Shown here: one piece after another, positions 25,099 to 37,473 of the stretch
How positions within the stretch are numbered: the stretch's first letter is position 1
Layout: each line of letters opens with the position of its first letter
From: Paraspadella gotoi
Lineage: Eukaryota; Animalia; Chaetognatha
Length of the DNA stretch: 64,000 bases
Reading direction: 5' to 3'
Assembly: GCA_051294375.1 (NCBI GenBank)
Contig: CM119264.1
Location: forward strand, 18,209,454 to 18,273,453
The notes under the pieces: model-generated
Told to the model about the DNA's origin: nothing
Database searches by the model: none
Seen by the model: only the letters and a program-made list of their open reading frames with translations
Translations under genes and position numbers: made by a program

Positions 25099-28000
25099 TA
25101 AGGATAAGTGTGAAGATAATCTTGGGGAAAAAACTGAGTAATATTTGCCTATTTAGAATAGTGATAAGGATACCAAAAAAAGGCCCCCAAAAAAATCGGT
25201 CGAATCGGTTCTGTGGCGTGACGCGGCACTCGAGAAAAAAAGGGCGCGACTTTTTGTTTTAAAATTCCGGTTAACGACGGAATTGGAAGAAGGAAATAAA
25301 AAGAGGCTCAATCAAAGGGCGAAGGTTGTTGGAGAAAAAGAGAGGAAGAACGAAAATACCCTGAGACGAGGTTCGCTGATCGTGACTTGGCGAACAATGT
25401 GAATTTAACGTATTGTGGCGGTATATTCACACCGCCTCACGTCCACCATCGTTCAGCCAATACCATTGAATCAGATGCGGAACACACCATCCCCTTGTGT
25501 TCCGTTCACAGTCCTAACGACTTCCCTCTGCGTTGGCAAAGCGAGACCGTCCTAGGGTAACCTCGCCAGTGACAGGAGGTGTCACTGAGGGTTGGAAGCC
25601 CCTTAAAACCAACAGTGAGATGCCCCATCCCAATGGGCATTACAGGCTACACGTCCGTTGCCATTGTATTTTATTTGTTTCATTAATAGGCAAATTTGAA
25701 AATAATACTTTTAAAATTAACTTTTAAACCACTAATAATATTCATCCAAAGTCGGCGTGGCAATGACATAAAAAAAAAGCCTCAATATTCGCGTAGCGAG
25801 AAAAAAGGTAAAAAAATTGAGGAATAACTGAGGATGTAAAAAAGTAAACACGGCAACAAAAGAATCCAATCAAGTAGAAAATTCGAGGGTAAACAAACCG
25901 AATTGATCACGTAGTATGTGGAAAATAAAAATAAATCACCACCGACAGGATTTTTTTGAGAAGCTCGATACTATGTTTCAACTCATACCGAGGAAGACTA
26001 CGGAGTTGGTCAAAAGTGAGTTCGGCGAGCGACTTTGTGATTAGCTTCTGACAGCGCAATCTCACGTGACCGTCGTTGTCGTTGTCGACGGTGTTTGTTT
26101 GGCTGTTGTTTTGGTTGTTGAGGTGATTGTTTGGCGGCGCCACGATTTCCTTCGGTTTCTTCGTCGCTTCCGTCCTCCGCCCGTTTTAGATCTCCGTTCT
26201 CCGGTAGCGCCAATTCCATTAGCGAAATAGTTGTTGTTAAACTTGTTTTCAATTTCGTCGCTCGATGTCGTAGTCCTTCGTCGTCGCCGTTCGTCGTCGT
26301 CATGTTCGTCGTCGGCGTTGTCGTTGTCGTTCTTCGTCGACACTTGGTCAAAAAGCTTCCAGAACAATTTGTCACGGATTTTCTTGAAGGAGGATCTGAT
26401 GGAAGGTTTTGAAAGAAATCCGGCGAGACTTGAAAAGAAAAGGAAGGAAAGGAAAGAAAGAAAAAACTCGAAAAGGAGGGGGAAAAAATGGGAAGAAGGA
26501 GAAAAAGTCTGAAAAGAAAAGGAAGGAAAGGAAAGAGAAAATTGGAAAGGGAGGGGGAAAATGGGGAAAATGGAGAAAAGGAGTAAATTGGAAGGAAAAG
26601 GAAATAGAAGCCAAATGAGAAAAGATCGGGGTGGGAGCAAAAAGTTGGCAAAAAGAATGCGATGGTACATAGTATTAGAGAAGGAACCTCGCAATGCGTA
26701 GGCGAAACTAAGTTGAATATAAAAAGGTGAAATATAGATCGTTTTACTAATAACTATTAAAAATTAGCTTTGTATAAACACAAAAATAAGTAAAAATATA
26801 AACATTAAAATTCATCTCATATGTAAATCAATCAGCCTGGTAAACAATTATTATCTATCTATTACTAGAGTCCTTACTCAATACTCATGATACGATGTAT
26901 TAAAAAAAGAACAAATGTTCCTTCCTTACTATTTTCTTTATTCCATTTGTCGCCAAATCTTATCCCGTTCTTCTCGTTATAAATCTTTCCCACAAAGTCA
27001 AAAAACGAGACTCGGTCCTCGGAGGTCGGGAAAGATTTGCGCCGCGCTTCCGACAAATGAAAATATTTCATAATGATAATTCATTTCGAGGAAAATTCCA
27101 ACGAAACGAAATCATTCCATAACTCAGCGACGAAGTTTCGAGACGCGAAAAATCTACGGCTTCTTTGTCATCATAAAGTTGAATCCTCCAAAGAAAAAAT
27201 GGCGAAAATTAAGATTTACGTCGTCGAGGAAGACGAATACGAGGGAAAGGCGAAATGAGATGGGCGGGGGGGGGAGAGGGGGAACGGAGGGAACGTCGAG
27301 GGCGTGGAAGGAGTGTCGGGCACGAGTTTGTTTTTAAACATGATTTACATATTTTTATTTCATAAAAAATTAAAAAAAAGGTTTATTGAAAAATTGGAAA
27401 AAGGTCGTGTAGTTGAAGGTTTTTTTTTCGGAGCATCAGCCCTCCACTGTGTCAATATATTAAAAAAAAAGCAAATAAAAATATGAAAGTTTGCTGCAGA
27501 ATATGATGAAAAAAAATTATGGGCATTATCAGTTTGGGTATTTTTATTTACTATGAAGAAACAGATTCAGAAACAGAGAACACATGTAACAGAACTAACT
27601 AAATAAGAAAAATTAAGAAAAAAGAAACATTAAAAAGTAATTCATTGAGAGAGCCGATTTGAAAGCAAGTGGGGAAAGCACGGTAAGAGATTTAATGAGA
27701 GAGCGGTATTGTTTTAAAAATACGGAGGGCAGGGGGAAAAGAAGTAAGAAAAAAAGAACCGAAAAATGAAAGGAAAGCAAAAAGGAAAACAAAAAAAAAA
27801 AGACAAAAAAAAAGAGAATGTGACCGGACAGAGTATCAGTAGAAGTTGTAGAAATTCGTAAATAAAAAAATATCAATAGTGATTACCTATTTGTACATCC
27901 TTTCTTGTTTTCCTTCGTCTCTATCTATGTACAAAAGTTATTTTTCTCACAGAACGCTTTCGTCCTTGGGTTCGAAACAAAGACAACAACAACGACGATA

Positions 28001-28342
28001 TCTCTTCCACTCTGCCGATCGTGTCCTTCCATCTCTCATTCTCTCCGCTCTAAACTTATCCTCCGCTCCTTACCATATACCAATCCACTTCCCCTATACC
28101 TTACCCCAGTTACATCTTCCCATTACTCACCTCCATTCCTCACCTTGATCGTCGGGGTTGTGTCGCCTTCGCACGTTTCCCTCCTCCGGTTTGTTGACTT
28201 CCTTGTTTACGCCTCAGAATCCCCAGATAAAAGTTCCATCCATTTGTCGCCCGCCTCCGCCTGCGTGAGAAAGGGAAGGAGGGAAAGAAGGGCGGTTGAA
28301 GAGAGGAGAGAGAGAGAGAGGATGAGAGAGAGAAGAGAGAAC

Positions 28343-28374
<32 letters not shown>

Positions 28375-29440
28375 CGAAAAGAAAAACAAGAAAGGGCGAC
28401 AGGGAAAAGTCGCACTTTTGGATCGGCGGTCGATCGGGTGGCAAAAAAGGTCATAATGTGAAGACGATATCACTTGTTTCAGAAGAGTTGTTTGTGAAAT
28501 CGACGATGACAGTAAAAATAGAAAAACTAATTAAAAAAAAGAAATTCGTTAAAGGAAAAACTAATTAGAATAATTTCTCAGAGGTGGGAAAAGCGGCAGG
28601 CTAAAAAAAAGATGACACTGTCTATTGGCATTTGTCAGAATGGCAAAGTGCGAAAGACCATGAGAATCGAGGAAGTGGCAAAGAAGATAGAATAGTCTCC
28701 GACCTTTGCGACCACCGTCTCCTGGGATCGAGGTGTTAAGGGGCGAGGAAAGGCGCTGCTTTGGGGAGTCGCACTATTTACTAGCATCGAAATGATGAGA
28801 AAATTTCTCGGGAGTTAAAGACATGATTTATTTGAATTTAATTCTTGTTAGTTCGCGTTGTTCTCGTCAGGTTGAAAAATGGAACAACAGTATGAAATTT
28901 TCTTGGCTCCTCGACAGTTTATAGTTCTTTAGGGGTTGTTAGGTGACCTGGATGCGAACTCAAACTGGCAGATCACGTGACCGAGATGTTGTGGTTGTCC
29001 CGGAGGACCCATGGAAATGTTTGTTGACGTCGTCGTCGCCGCCGCTTGATCACCGCTAGTAGTCGTTATCGTCGTCGTCGTCGTCGGCATCGTCATCGCT
29101 GGCGTCGTCGTCTTCGTTACGCGCGTTGTTCAACAATGACCTCGTCGTCATAACCGACGTCGTCGTCGTCATCGTCGAAGTTCTCACGTTCCTCTTATTA
29201 TAATTCTCAAGTGATCGTCATCATCGTCCGAATCTTCGATTTCACATTCGATTTATTCTTCTCTTTCTCACATTATCGTGACGTTTTACGTCGGGAAAGT
29301 AATTTGTGCCCATATCGTCGTCGTCTTCGTTATCGTCGTCCTAGAATTTTCCTTATTTTTTTTTCCACGGTGCCGTCGTCGTTGTCGTTGTCGTCTTCTT
29401 CGACGTCGTCGTCCTCTCGCTTAACACGACGATGAAAAAC
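23790..29440 (-). CDS. Unidentified multi-exon gene antisense within the DEG/ENaC intron, with acidic low-complexity N-terminus and a possible C-terminal KH-like domain
   Basis: GC-rich blocks with splice-like ends at ~29430-28950, 28720-28620, 28260-28145, 27060-26930, 26395-25945, 24945-24900, 24810-24750, 24705-24630, 24196-24161, 24120-24049 and 23890-23790. The last exons splice to ...NYVTFRLAIPYASIIAGHTGKN...RNLVLRFENQDDNMKATKAIRELARIFECSSP* (GxxG-like loop). Several frames are broken, probably by indels. Confidence 0.45.
25414..25665. repeat. Hairpin-rich dispersed repeat related to 59355-59488
   Basis: 25511-25570 is near-identical to 59379-59438 (direct), and 25414-25460 matches 59441-59488 (inverted). 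Five stem-loops are visible. Confidence 0.7.
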
Positions 29441-29723
29441 GTAGAGCGAATTGAAGATGCGAACCGCGCGGCGGAGGCTGGGTAGGGGTTGGTAAGGAGA
29501 GGTTTGAGGCGGGGTAAGTGTAGTTCAGAAGGGGGCTGAGATTAGATGGAATACGGTCGAAATGAGGTTGACTCAGTGATGTTCGGGACGGCTTTGTTTG
29601 ACATCAAAAATGAATGTTACGGAATTACGGAATGTTATAAATATGTACAAAGCCGAAAAAAAAGACTTAATTTAAAAAACAATTCAACTAACTTGTTAAA
29701 CAATATTCTTCGTTACTTTTCAG

Positions 29724-29891
29724 ATTCTTCTGGCTGATGGCTTGCCTCACCGCCTCCCTCTGCCTCGTCCTCCAAATCTACTCCTGCGTCAAGCGTTTCG
29801 TCGACAACTCCACCGTCGTCGAGACCAACGTCGTCTTCAACAACAGCCTCGTCTTCCCCGCCGTCACCATCTGCAACATCAACAACATCAA
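29724..29891 (+). CDS. DEG/ENaC/ASIC-family channel exon encoding TM1 and the start of the ectodomain
   Basis: ttttcag|A TTC TTC TGG... reads (R)FFWLMACLTASLCLVLQIYSCVKRFVDNSTVVETNVVFNNSLVFPAVTICNINNIK|gtcagt. The FW-TM1 and FPAVTICN motifs are diagnostic. The phase-2 start matches the donor at 3020. Later exons were not found in the window. Confidence 0.85.
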
Positions 29892-30216
29892 GTCAGTTCA
29901 ATTTCGTATCCTATCTCTTACCAGTACCGTTCCAGCCTCGTTTATGAAATTGGTACATTTTTATCGCCGCCACGATACCGTTCATGGCTTTTTGCTTTTG
30001 AGTTTTCCTCCTCTTAGAAAAAAACTTTTTGGTTTGTTTGTCGACGATCAAGTTTAGTACACTTTCTATTCGATTTTCATTTATGAATAGTTTTGTTCTT
30101 AGTTATAAATTACAACTATAAAATCAGCGTCATAAAAAACGTAATGCGATGCTTAAATGATGTCACAGTCTGAAATGTTTCGCTTCTCAAAATGAAAATA
30201 TTAGGATCGGTTCGCG

Positions 30217-31891
30217 ATGCCCGCTTGCTCGTGCGCCAATCGAGATGGACAGCTGGCTGTGTCGAACTGTCCCTGCATCCAGCACGTTGGTCGGACAGAA
30301 CCTCGAGTTCTGGTTCTCTACGCGGGCGGCACCATCGGCATGACGCTCAAAGATGGAGTCTACTCTCCTGAGCCGCGATTCCTGGAGGCGGCGATGCGGC
30401 GCCAACCGTCGCTTCACGATCCTGACTACTTAATTGAAACGACGACAACGACAACGACGACGACCACGCCCACCTTATTTCTCGCCTTGCCGCTTTCTCG
30501 ATCTCGAACTCACGTCCTCTACGAAATCCGCGAGTACGAGCCTCTCATCGACTCCTCCAATTCTTCGGCGGAGGACTGGTCGCGTCTCGCCGGCGACATC
30601 GAGGCTTCACACGACGACTTTGACGGCTTCGTCGTTGTCCACGGCACCGACACCATGGCGTACGCTGCCTCGGCCCTCAGCTTTCTCCTGGAAGCGCTGG
30701 ATAAGCCCGTCGTCTTCACCGGAGCGCTAGTGCCAATCTGCGAGCCCCGAGGCGACGCCGTGGGAAATCTCGTCGACGCCTTGACCGCCGCCGGGGTCAT
30801 GAAGGTTTCAGAGGTCTGCATCTGTCTGGACCGGAAACTCCTTCGCGGCAACCGCTCCACCAAAGTCAGCACGGATCGGTTCGACGCCATCGAGTCGCCA
30901 AATCTGGCACCGCTGGCCACATTTGGTATCGAGGTCGAGCTAGGCGTCGAAGCGGTGGAGCGGGCGCCGGGAACAGGACAGTTTCGCGCGCACAAGGCGA
31001 GTGGAAAGATTCAAAAACGAAGATTTTTTTTTGTCTGTCGATCGGCCTGTCTGTCTAGTCTCCAAAATACCCCCGCAAACAATATTTATTTAAAAAATTC
31101 CCTCTTATTCACAAAAGAGTTTCTGCTGCAAACTGGCCATCCTGCAATTGTTCCCCTCGATCCCGGGAGAGATGGTGGCGGCGGCGCTTCGTCCGCCGAC
31201 CGAGGGCGTGGTTCTCCTTACATACGGCACCGGAAACGCTCCGGACAATCGACCGGAAATTCTGGAGCTGCTGAGGGAGGCGGTGAAACGAGGCGTCATC
31301 GTCGTCAACGTGACTCATTGCATAAGAGGTTGACGAGGAATTGGTGGACGAAGGGGGGGTGAAACTGTGAGAAACAGAAAGGGAATACAATCCTCTTGCA
31401 GTGATATATAAATTATATATTTACACTAAGGCGGGCCAAAAATTAACATTTTTTACAAAGTGTACGTAAAAACCTTCGATTCGTTGCGTTTTAAATTTTT
31501 TTTTGTGCTGAAGAAGACTCGAAAAAAGAGTCGAAACATGTCTAAGATGTTAAAAAGTTATCCTATAAATACAAATAAAATTTATGTGTTCTTCGACAAA
31601 ATTATCAAAACCTGGGCCTTCAAAATACTTTTTTAAAAAACTTAATTGAAATTCAATAAATATGATTTTGAACAACTTTTCAACCATCTACCAGGCCGCG
31701 TTGGGCGGAACTACGCGGTGAGCACCGCCCTTGCTGATTCCGGCGTCATTGCAGGCGCCGATCTGACGACGGAAGCGGCGCTGACAAAACTCGGTTACGT
31801 CCTATCTAAGTCCGAGTGGAGTCTGGAGGAGAAGCGGAGAGCCGTTGCCCTTGACATCCGGGGAGAGATGACGCCGGAAGCGTCGACATGA
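30217..31891 (+). CDS. Cytosolic type I L-asparaginase (ASPG/lysophospholipase-like catalytic domain), 3 exons 30217-30996, 31118-31328, 31695-31891, ~395 aa
   Basis: Motifs LYAGGTIGM, EYEPLIDSS, FDGFVVVHGTDTMAY, RGNRSTKV, GVVLLTYGTGNAP, DLTTEAALTKLGYVL, DIRGEMT. Introns are AAG|gcgagt...aaaag| (GC-AG) and G|gttgac...ccag|, and the phases join cleanly. Confidence 0.93.
31505..31546 (+). ncRNA. Minimal type-I hammerhead ribozyme motif, sense orientation in asparaginase intron 2
   Basis: GTG CTGAAGA A GACTC-GAAAAAA-GAGTC GAAA CATG TC TAA. Intact core and palindromic CATG, weak stem I. Confidence 0.75.
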
Positions 31892-32945
31892 GGCGTGCGT
31901 TATTTTGTTTTCTGGTCGGTGGCAACGTGGCCTTTGTTTATATTCTTGTACTGCCTCAAGCTTATTTAACATTTTTAACATCTATATTGCTTAAATAATT
32001 GATATTCTGTCCGTATACAAAGCTATTATACTCTGTATACAATTTTTTTTAATTTCATCCACCCAAAGAAAAAAGAGATAAGATTTAACAAGAAGTATTT
32101 ATTTTGCGAATTAATTATAATCGTCAAACAATAAAAGATATAAAAATTAGAATTAGTTAAAATGTACTTAACAATAGACTTCTACTGAATACAACGTATG
32201 AACAAAAATAGAGTAAAGATTAACGTCATCGATTTATTAGCACGATAACAACGAATTTATCACAGATATTCTTATGGAACAATCGAACTAATACATTGTC
32301 GAATTCTTGGCTAGATTATTATTATAATAAAAATATCTAAACTAGATCGCCATTAAAATACTTTTTTTCTTTCTAAATATTTTTTTCGGGTACCAAAGTT
32401 TTCATCGGTCATGAATACAAAATGAATGAAATATTTCTTCACAAAATTTGTTTAAAAAAATGTCAGATGTCGTCATCTCAGTTATAGATTATAATGTTTT
32501 TACCAGCTGTATTTTTTGTAAAACAGGAGTTTTGAAAATATTTAAAATGAGAAAAATTTTAAATCGTTTAAATCGCCTTAAGTCGGATTGAAAGAAAAAA
32601 GTTACTAGTAAAAAAAATTGAGCCTTTAAACTACATTTGTTTTTCAACAGTATTACAAGCCTTAGAATAACGATTTCTTATTTTCTCAAAGATCAAAATC
32701 AAAATCTAGTATCGCCCGTCATGTTTTTAAAATCTAATTTAAGTCTAAGAGAATATACAAAACAATGCAATACGAAAGAAATTGGGCAAAATTTAAACGT
32801 AAAATCCGATTCATTGTTTGTCTGGTATAGAAATCTTGCAACTACTTACAAAAAAAGAGAATAAATAAAATATGTTTATATGAAGAGTGTTATTCGGAAT
32901 GTGACATAAGCTTTGAGCTGATAAAAGAGTTACAAGCTAAAGCAA

Positions 32946-32947
<2 letters not shown>

Positions 32948-33041
<94 letters not shown>

Positions 33042-33072
33042 CAATATAATAATAATAATAAATAATAATAAC

Positions 33073-33137
<65 letters not shown>
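32948..33137. repeat. (AAT)n microsatellite just downstream of the ZYG11-like stop codon
   Basis: Seen directly. Confidence 0.95.
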
Positions 33138-33141
<4 letters not shown>

Positions 33142-33181
33142 CAAAATTCTAAAAAATGTCTAAACGGAATGGGTGATGATG

Positions 33182-34184
33182 CTACGCGACAGTAATTTTC
33201 CTCTTTGTCCCCTTAATTCCTTGATCTAAATATCCTTTTGAAAATTCGATGAGCCTCTTTGCGAGACGCTGCACATCGGCGTCCTTGTCAGTGGCAACGA
33301 CAGCTTCGAGTAGCTCGAACCCACCCTCTCTCCGCAGCATCGGCACGTGACGATCGGGCTGCGCGCCGCAGGCGTTGGCTACTCCCCACAGCGCCCACTG
33401 GTGCACGGCAGGCGGGCGGCCTGCGCGCAGCATGGTGAAAATGCTCTTGAACGAAGTGAATCCGAGGGAAATCTCCGAATCTCGGTTCGAATTGTCGTTG
33501 TTGTTGTCGTCGTTTCCGTTAGGTACGGGTTCATTGTTGTTGTTGACGTGGTTTTCGGCGGGAGTGTCGTTGCCCTTGTCAGCGTCTTTGGCCCCGGCGG
33601 GATTGAATGGGTCCTTGAGAGCCAGCACGGTGGCTTTGATCTTCCTCAAAACGTCGGCGCTGTTGTCGAAGATCCAGAAACCGTTCGTCCTGACCTTGCG
33701 AGGATCATCGCAGGCGATCGCCGCGAGGATACCTGACGCCAAGAATCCAAGCATGGGATTGCGCAGGGATTCGCTGGCGCCGCCGTTTTCCGCCGCCGCC
33801 GCCGCAGCTGCCTCCTCGATGATTTCCACGAGGATTTTCTTCACGCTACGCTGTTCAATCTTCTTACGCGTGCGACGGCAGAGTCCGACGTTAAGAAGGA
33901 TGCCCATGATGCGGATGAGATCCTGACATCGCTCTGCCTCTCGATCTTTGAATCCATTGACGCGTTTCATGAGTTTGACGAGGAACTCGAGGCCGCCCAC
34001 CTCGACCAGCGTCTGGCAGGCGAAAGGGTTCTCGTCCGTGAGGTTCCACAAGGCCGAGAGGAGAGCCTCCCTCTCGTCGGGGTTTCGGGTGACGAGGTTT
34101 TCATTGATCCTGGCTACGATCTGTCGACGGATGAGATAGCGGACGCCGTCGTGGAGATGAGACTGATTCTCCCGATTTTCCAAA

Positions 34185-34221
<37 letters not shown>

Positions 34222-36367
34222 GAATCGTCGTGGGGAGACTTGTGAAGATCCGGTTAAAACAGGTGACGAAGAGGCCGAAGAGGGTGAGGTCTTGAGTGAT
34301 CCAGAGATTGTCCGAGACGCACGGCAGCAGCAGGACGTCGCACATTTTGATTCGACTCAGCGAGGTGGAGCGGAGGAGCAGCGGCTCCAGGTTGATACAG
34401 ATCGACGCTACGTTTTTGACTAAAAGTTCGCGGAGATGCTCGAGGCTCTGGAGAAAGCTTCTGTCGTGGGACGAGAATTGTTGGCACTTGGCACAATAGT
34501 CTATGTAATCTTGGTTAATGTAGTGTTCTTCGAAACACTCGTAGGCAACTTGAAAGGCTTCTTTGGCGAGGTTAGGGTTAATACAATGAAGGTCTCCTGA
34601 CTGGCTCGTTTGAGTCAGGTTTCCGAGGCAAGCCAGACCGTTGATGGAGAGATTGTAGCGCGTTTTCAAATATGTTTTGACTTTGTTCACGTCGTAGATA
34701 ATCATGAATCCTTCGGAGCAAAAGTGGTGGCGTTGAAGTTCGAGCTCTCGCTGCAGTCGTCGCGCTTCTTTTAATGCGTGGACGATGGCCTCGAGCAGCA
34801 ATTCGGGATCCGTTGACGTTATATTCGAAGACGAACTCTCTCGACTCATCTCGAAGATGACACGGAACACCTCGTCCATGAAGACAAGTTTTTCCGGTTG
34901 ACGCAACAACGCCATCATTTGGCGCACGTTCGCGGTTCCGGAGACGACGAGACGGCGGGCGACGGGCGTGGCATCGAGGGAAGACCTCAGAAGAGCGCCG
35001 GTGGCTGAAGGATTGTCTTTGAGAGGATCGTCCGCCGACCAAGCTGTCGACGGCGAGGACGCGAAAAACGATTTGAATTTAGCCTGAGTAAAGACGTCGT
35101 AGAATGAAGCGTCGTCGGTGCGGGAACAGAGACCAAGATGGGTGAGGAATGGGTGTTCGAGGAGGAATTGGACGAGGTCGCGTTCGTCGGTGGCGCCGGA
35201 TTCTCGGTAACCGGAGAGATCGAGGAAAGTGAGATGCGGGAGGAGGATTTCTGAATTCTGCGTCGTTGTTGTAGTGGAAGAACCGTGCTGACGTCGCAGC
35301 AGACGACTAAGTTTGAGCTGCTGCAGCCGCCCATCGGCGGGCCGCGTGATGTCGTGAGCCATATCGAGGTGCTCCAACTGCTCCATGAACGCCAGTGTAT
35401 CCACAATGTCGATCCTCGACGCGGGGTTCTCATGGAGAAAGGCATGATGCAGCACCAGGCGCCGCAACGATTTTCCGGCGCTGGCGATCTGCCCAAAGTC
35501 CAGGCACCAAGAGTAGGAGAGATCCAAGGTCTGCAGACGCGTCAGGTCCCCGATGCCCGATAGGTCGAGTGGAAGGCACCACGAGTCCTGACTGTGCCGC
35601 AGCCTCAACGCCCTCAGGTGAACCAGTCTGCGGATCGGGAGGATGGTGAGGAGGCGGGGAAAGTCTAGCGTCAACTCTCTCAAGGCGCCGAACATAGGCA
35701 GACTGAGATTGAGGAATTCCTCCTGACGTCCGTTGGGCGGACCGACGAGGTGTGCGCCGAGCAGCGGGGGTCGTCGAGGATCCTCGGGAGGCGGCGTGTA
35801 TCTTCCTTCGAAAGGTTCCACGTTGAGTCTTTGGTAGATGGGCGAGGTGGCCCAGATGCTGGGCACGACCCACTTGAGGCGGCGCGAGACGATCCCTGCG
35901 TCCATAAGTCTCGTGGCGGCGTCGCGGTTGAACAACATGTTGTTTTTCGGAGTCTGAAGAAAGTTTTGATGGATTCGTCCGATGATCTCTTGACAGAGGG
36001 GAAGGGGGACGGGGAAGGAATCAACATGGGCGGGGAAGGAAGAGTGGGTCGAGAGTGCCGGGGCGGCGGAGCGGACGTTGTCCGACCGCGGGGCGAGTTT
36101 AGGGGTCATCGTCGTCGACGCAATTACGGTCGTCGACGGCGTCGTCGCTTTCCGACCGACGCTTTGCTCGATTTCGGTGTCGGAGTCGTCGATTTCGTCG
36201 GCCGGCGTCGCGAGAAGCGGCGTCCATGTCGCGGTGGCGGCGAAAATGCCGGCCGCGACGGCGTCGAGAGAGAGACTTTTGAGAGTCGGCACCGTCGTGG
36301 AGAAACGCCAGTCGGCGAGACCCGTGGTGTCGGTAGAAGATGAGGTGGCGTGGCGTGATTGAGCCAT
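33182..36367 (-). CDS. ZYG11/ZER1-family CUL2-Elongin BC substrate receptor (BC-box, LRRs, ARM repeats), single coding exon, 1061 aa
   Basis: BC-box-like VPTLKSLSLDAVA; LRRs (LRELTL, LQTLDLS, LEHLDM, LTFLDLSG); ARM-region signatures ALLSALWNLTDENPFACQTLVEVGGLEFL, MGILLNV and SFKSIFTML...VHQWALWGVAN, matching the ZYG11/ZER1 'ALWN(L/I)TDE' and 'SF.P...L....QxWAxW' motifs. Confidence 0.85.
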
Positions 36368-37441
36368 CTGTAGTGACGAAATCTGAGAGAGAGAAAAAAA
36401 AAACGATTTATAAAATATTTGTATTTAATTATGACGCTAACGACCAGCGCAGTTCATCGATTTGTTTTAAAGTTCAAAACTTAGTTTTATTTTTTTTTAA
36501 AACGCAAAATATACATTTATTCGGTTTGTCGACAATATTTTTTAAAAAAAATTAAACGTTTTATTTTCGTCGATGATCATTCATCATTTTTTCTCAAAGA
36601 AAAAAAAAACATTTATAGAAAATTCATAATAAGAAATATATTTAAAAAAAAAACCCGAAGAAAAAAAAAACCGTAACACGAAATGATCGACCCGGTTTCT
36701 CCTTTCTGATTCTTCTCTCGATCCCTTCGTCGCTTTTATAGTGACTTTTTTTAAAAACTTTCCTTCGATTGCGAAAACCAGATCGGTTCGGCCAAAACGA
36801 TTTCGAGGTCGATCGCTGCCAAAGATCGAGACCACAAAAACGATCAAAGCGAGGATTGCTCGGAGATTCGAAACCAGATCTAGATTCCTCCACGATCTCC
36901 TTTTTCCGACTCTTAATCGGGAAGAGATCTGCCCGGACCCGGGAGGAGGAGGAGGCCCCCGTGATTCACCGGTGATTCACGATGGACGCCGAATCATCAC
37001 GCGGGGATTTGTTCACATTGCGAAATTCACGCCTTTTAAGCGATTTCTCTCTCGGAATTAAGTGACACTCCCTCTCTCTCTCTTTCTCTTTCTCTTTCTC
37101 TCTCTCTCCGTCTCTCCGTCTCTGCGGAACGAAATATTTTAAAAGGAAAACAAAATCATCTGGGCGAGTGAAAGGATTGAGTTGATCAATAACAGAAAAT
37201 GTAAGAAATACGTACAATGAAGAAAGAAAAAAACTAAATATGAAAAAGAGAGAAAACGGAAGACGAGACTCGAGAGGGAGACAGTTAAGAGAAAAGCAAA
37301 GAAAAGAATCTGAAGACGAAGCCCGAAAATAGACGGAAGTTGCAGGAAAAACAAACCGGGGCAGAGAAAAAATCCAGATTTCGACGATAATGAGTGAATG
37401 AGAGAAAGAAAGAGAGAAAGAAAGAGAGAAAGAAAGAAAAA

Positions 37442-37473
<32 letters not shown>

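Noticed and set aside
25511-25560. Twister or HDV-like ribozyme in the hairpin repeat
   Set aside because: Only isolated similarities (CCTAAC, GCAGAGGG on opposite strands). The required pseudoknot pairings could not be built.
29891-30217. DEG/ENaC-asparaginase fusion by splicing 29891 to the AG at 30204
   Set aside because: The donor is phase 2 and the acceptor is phase 0 relative to the asparaginase frame, so the join is out of frame.
33347-36362. Plus-strand and alternative-frame ORFs overlapping the ZYG11-like gene
   Set aside because: Shadow ORFs of a GC-rich coding sequence with no motifs.
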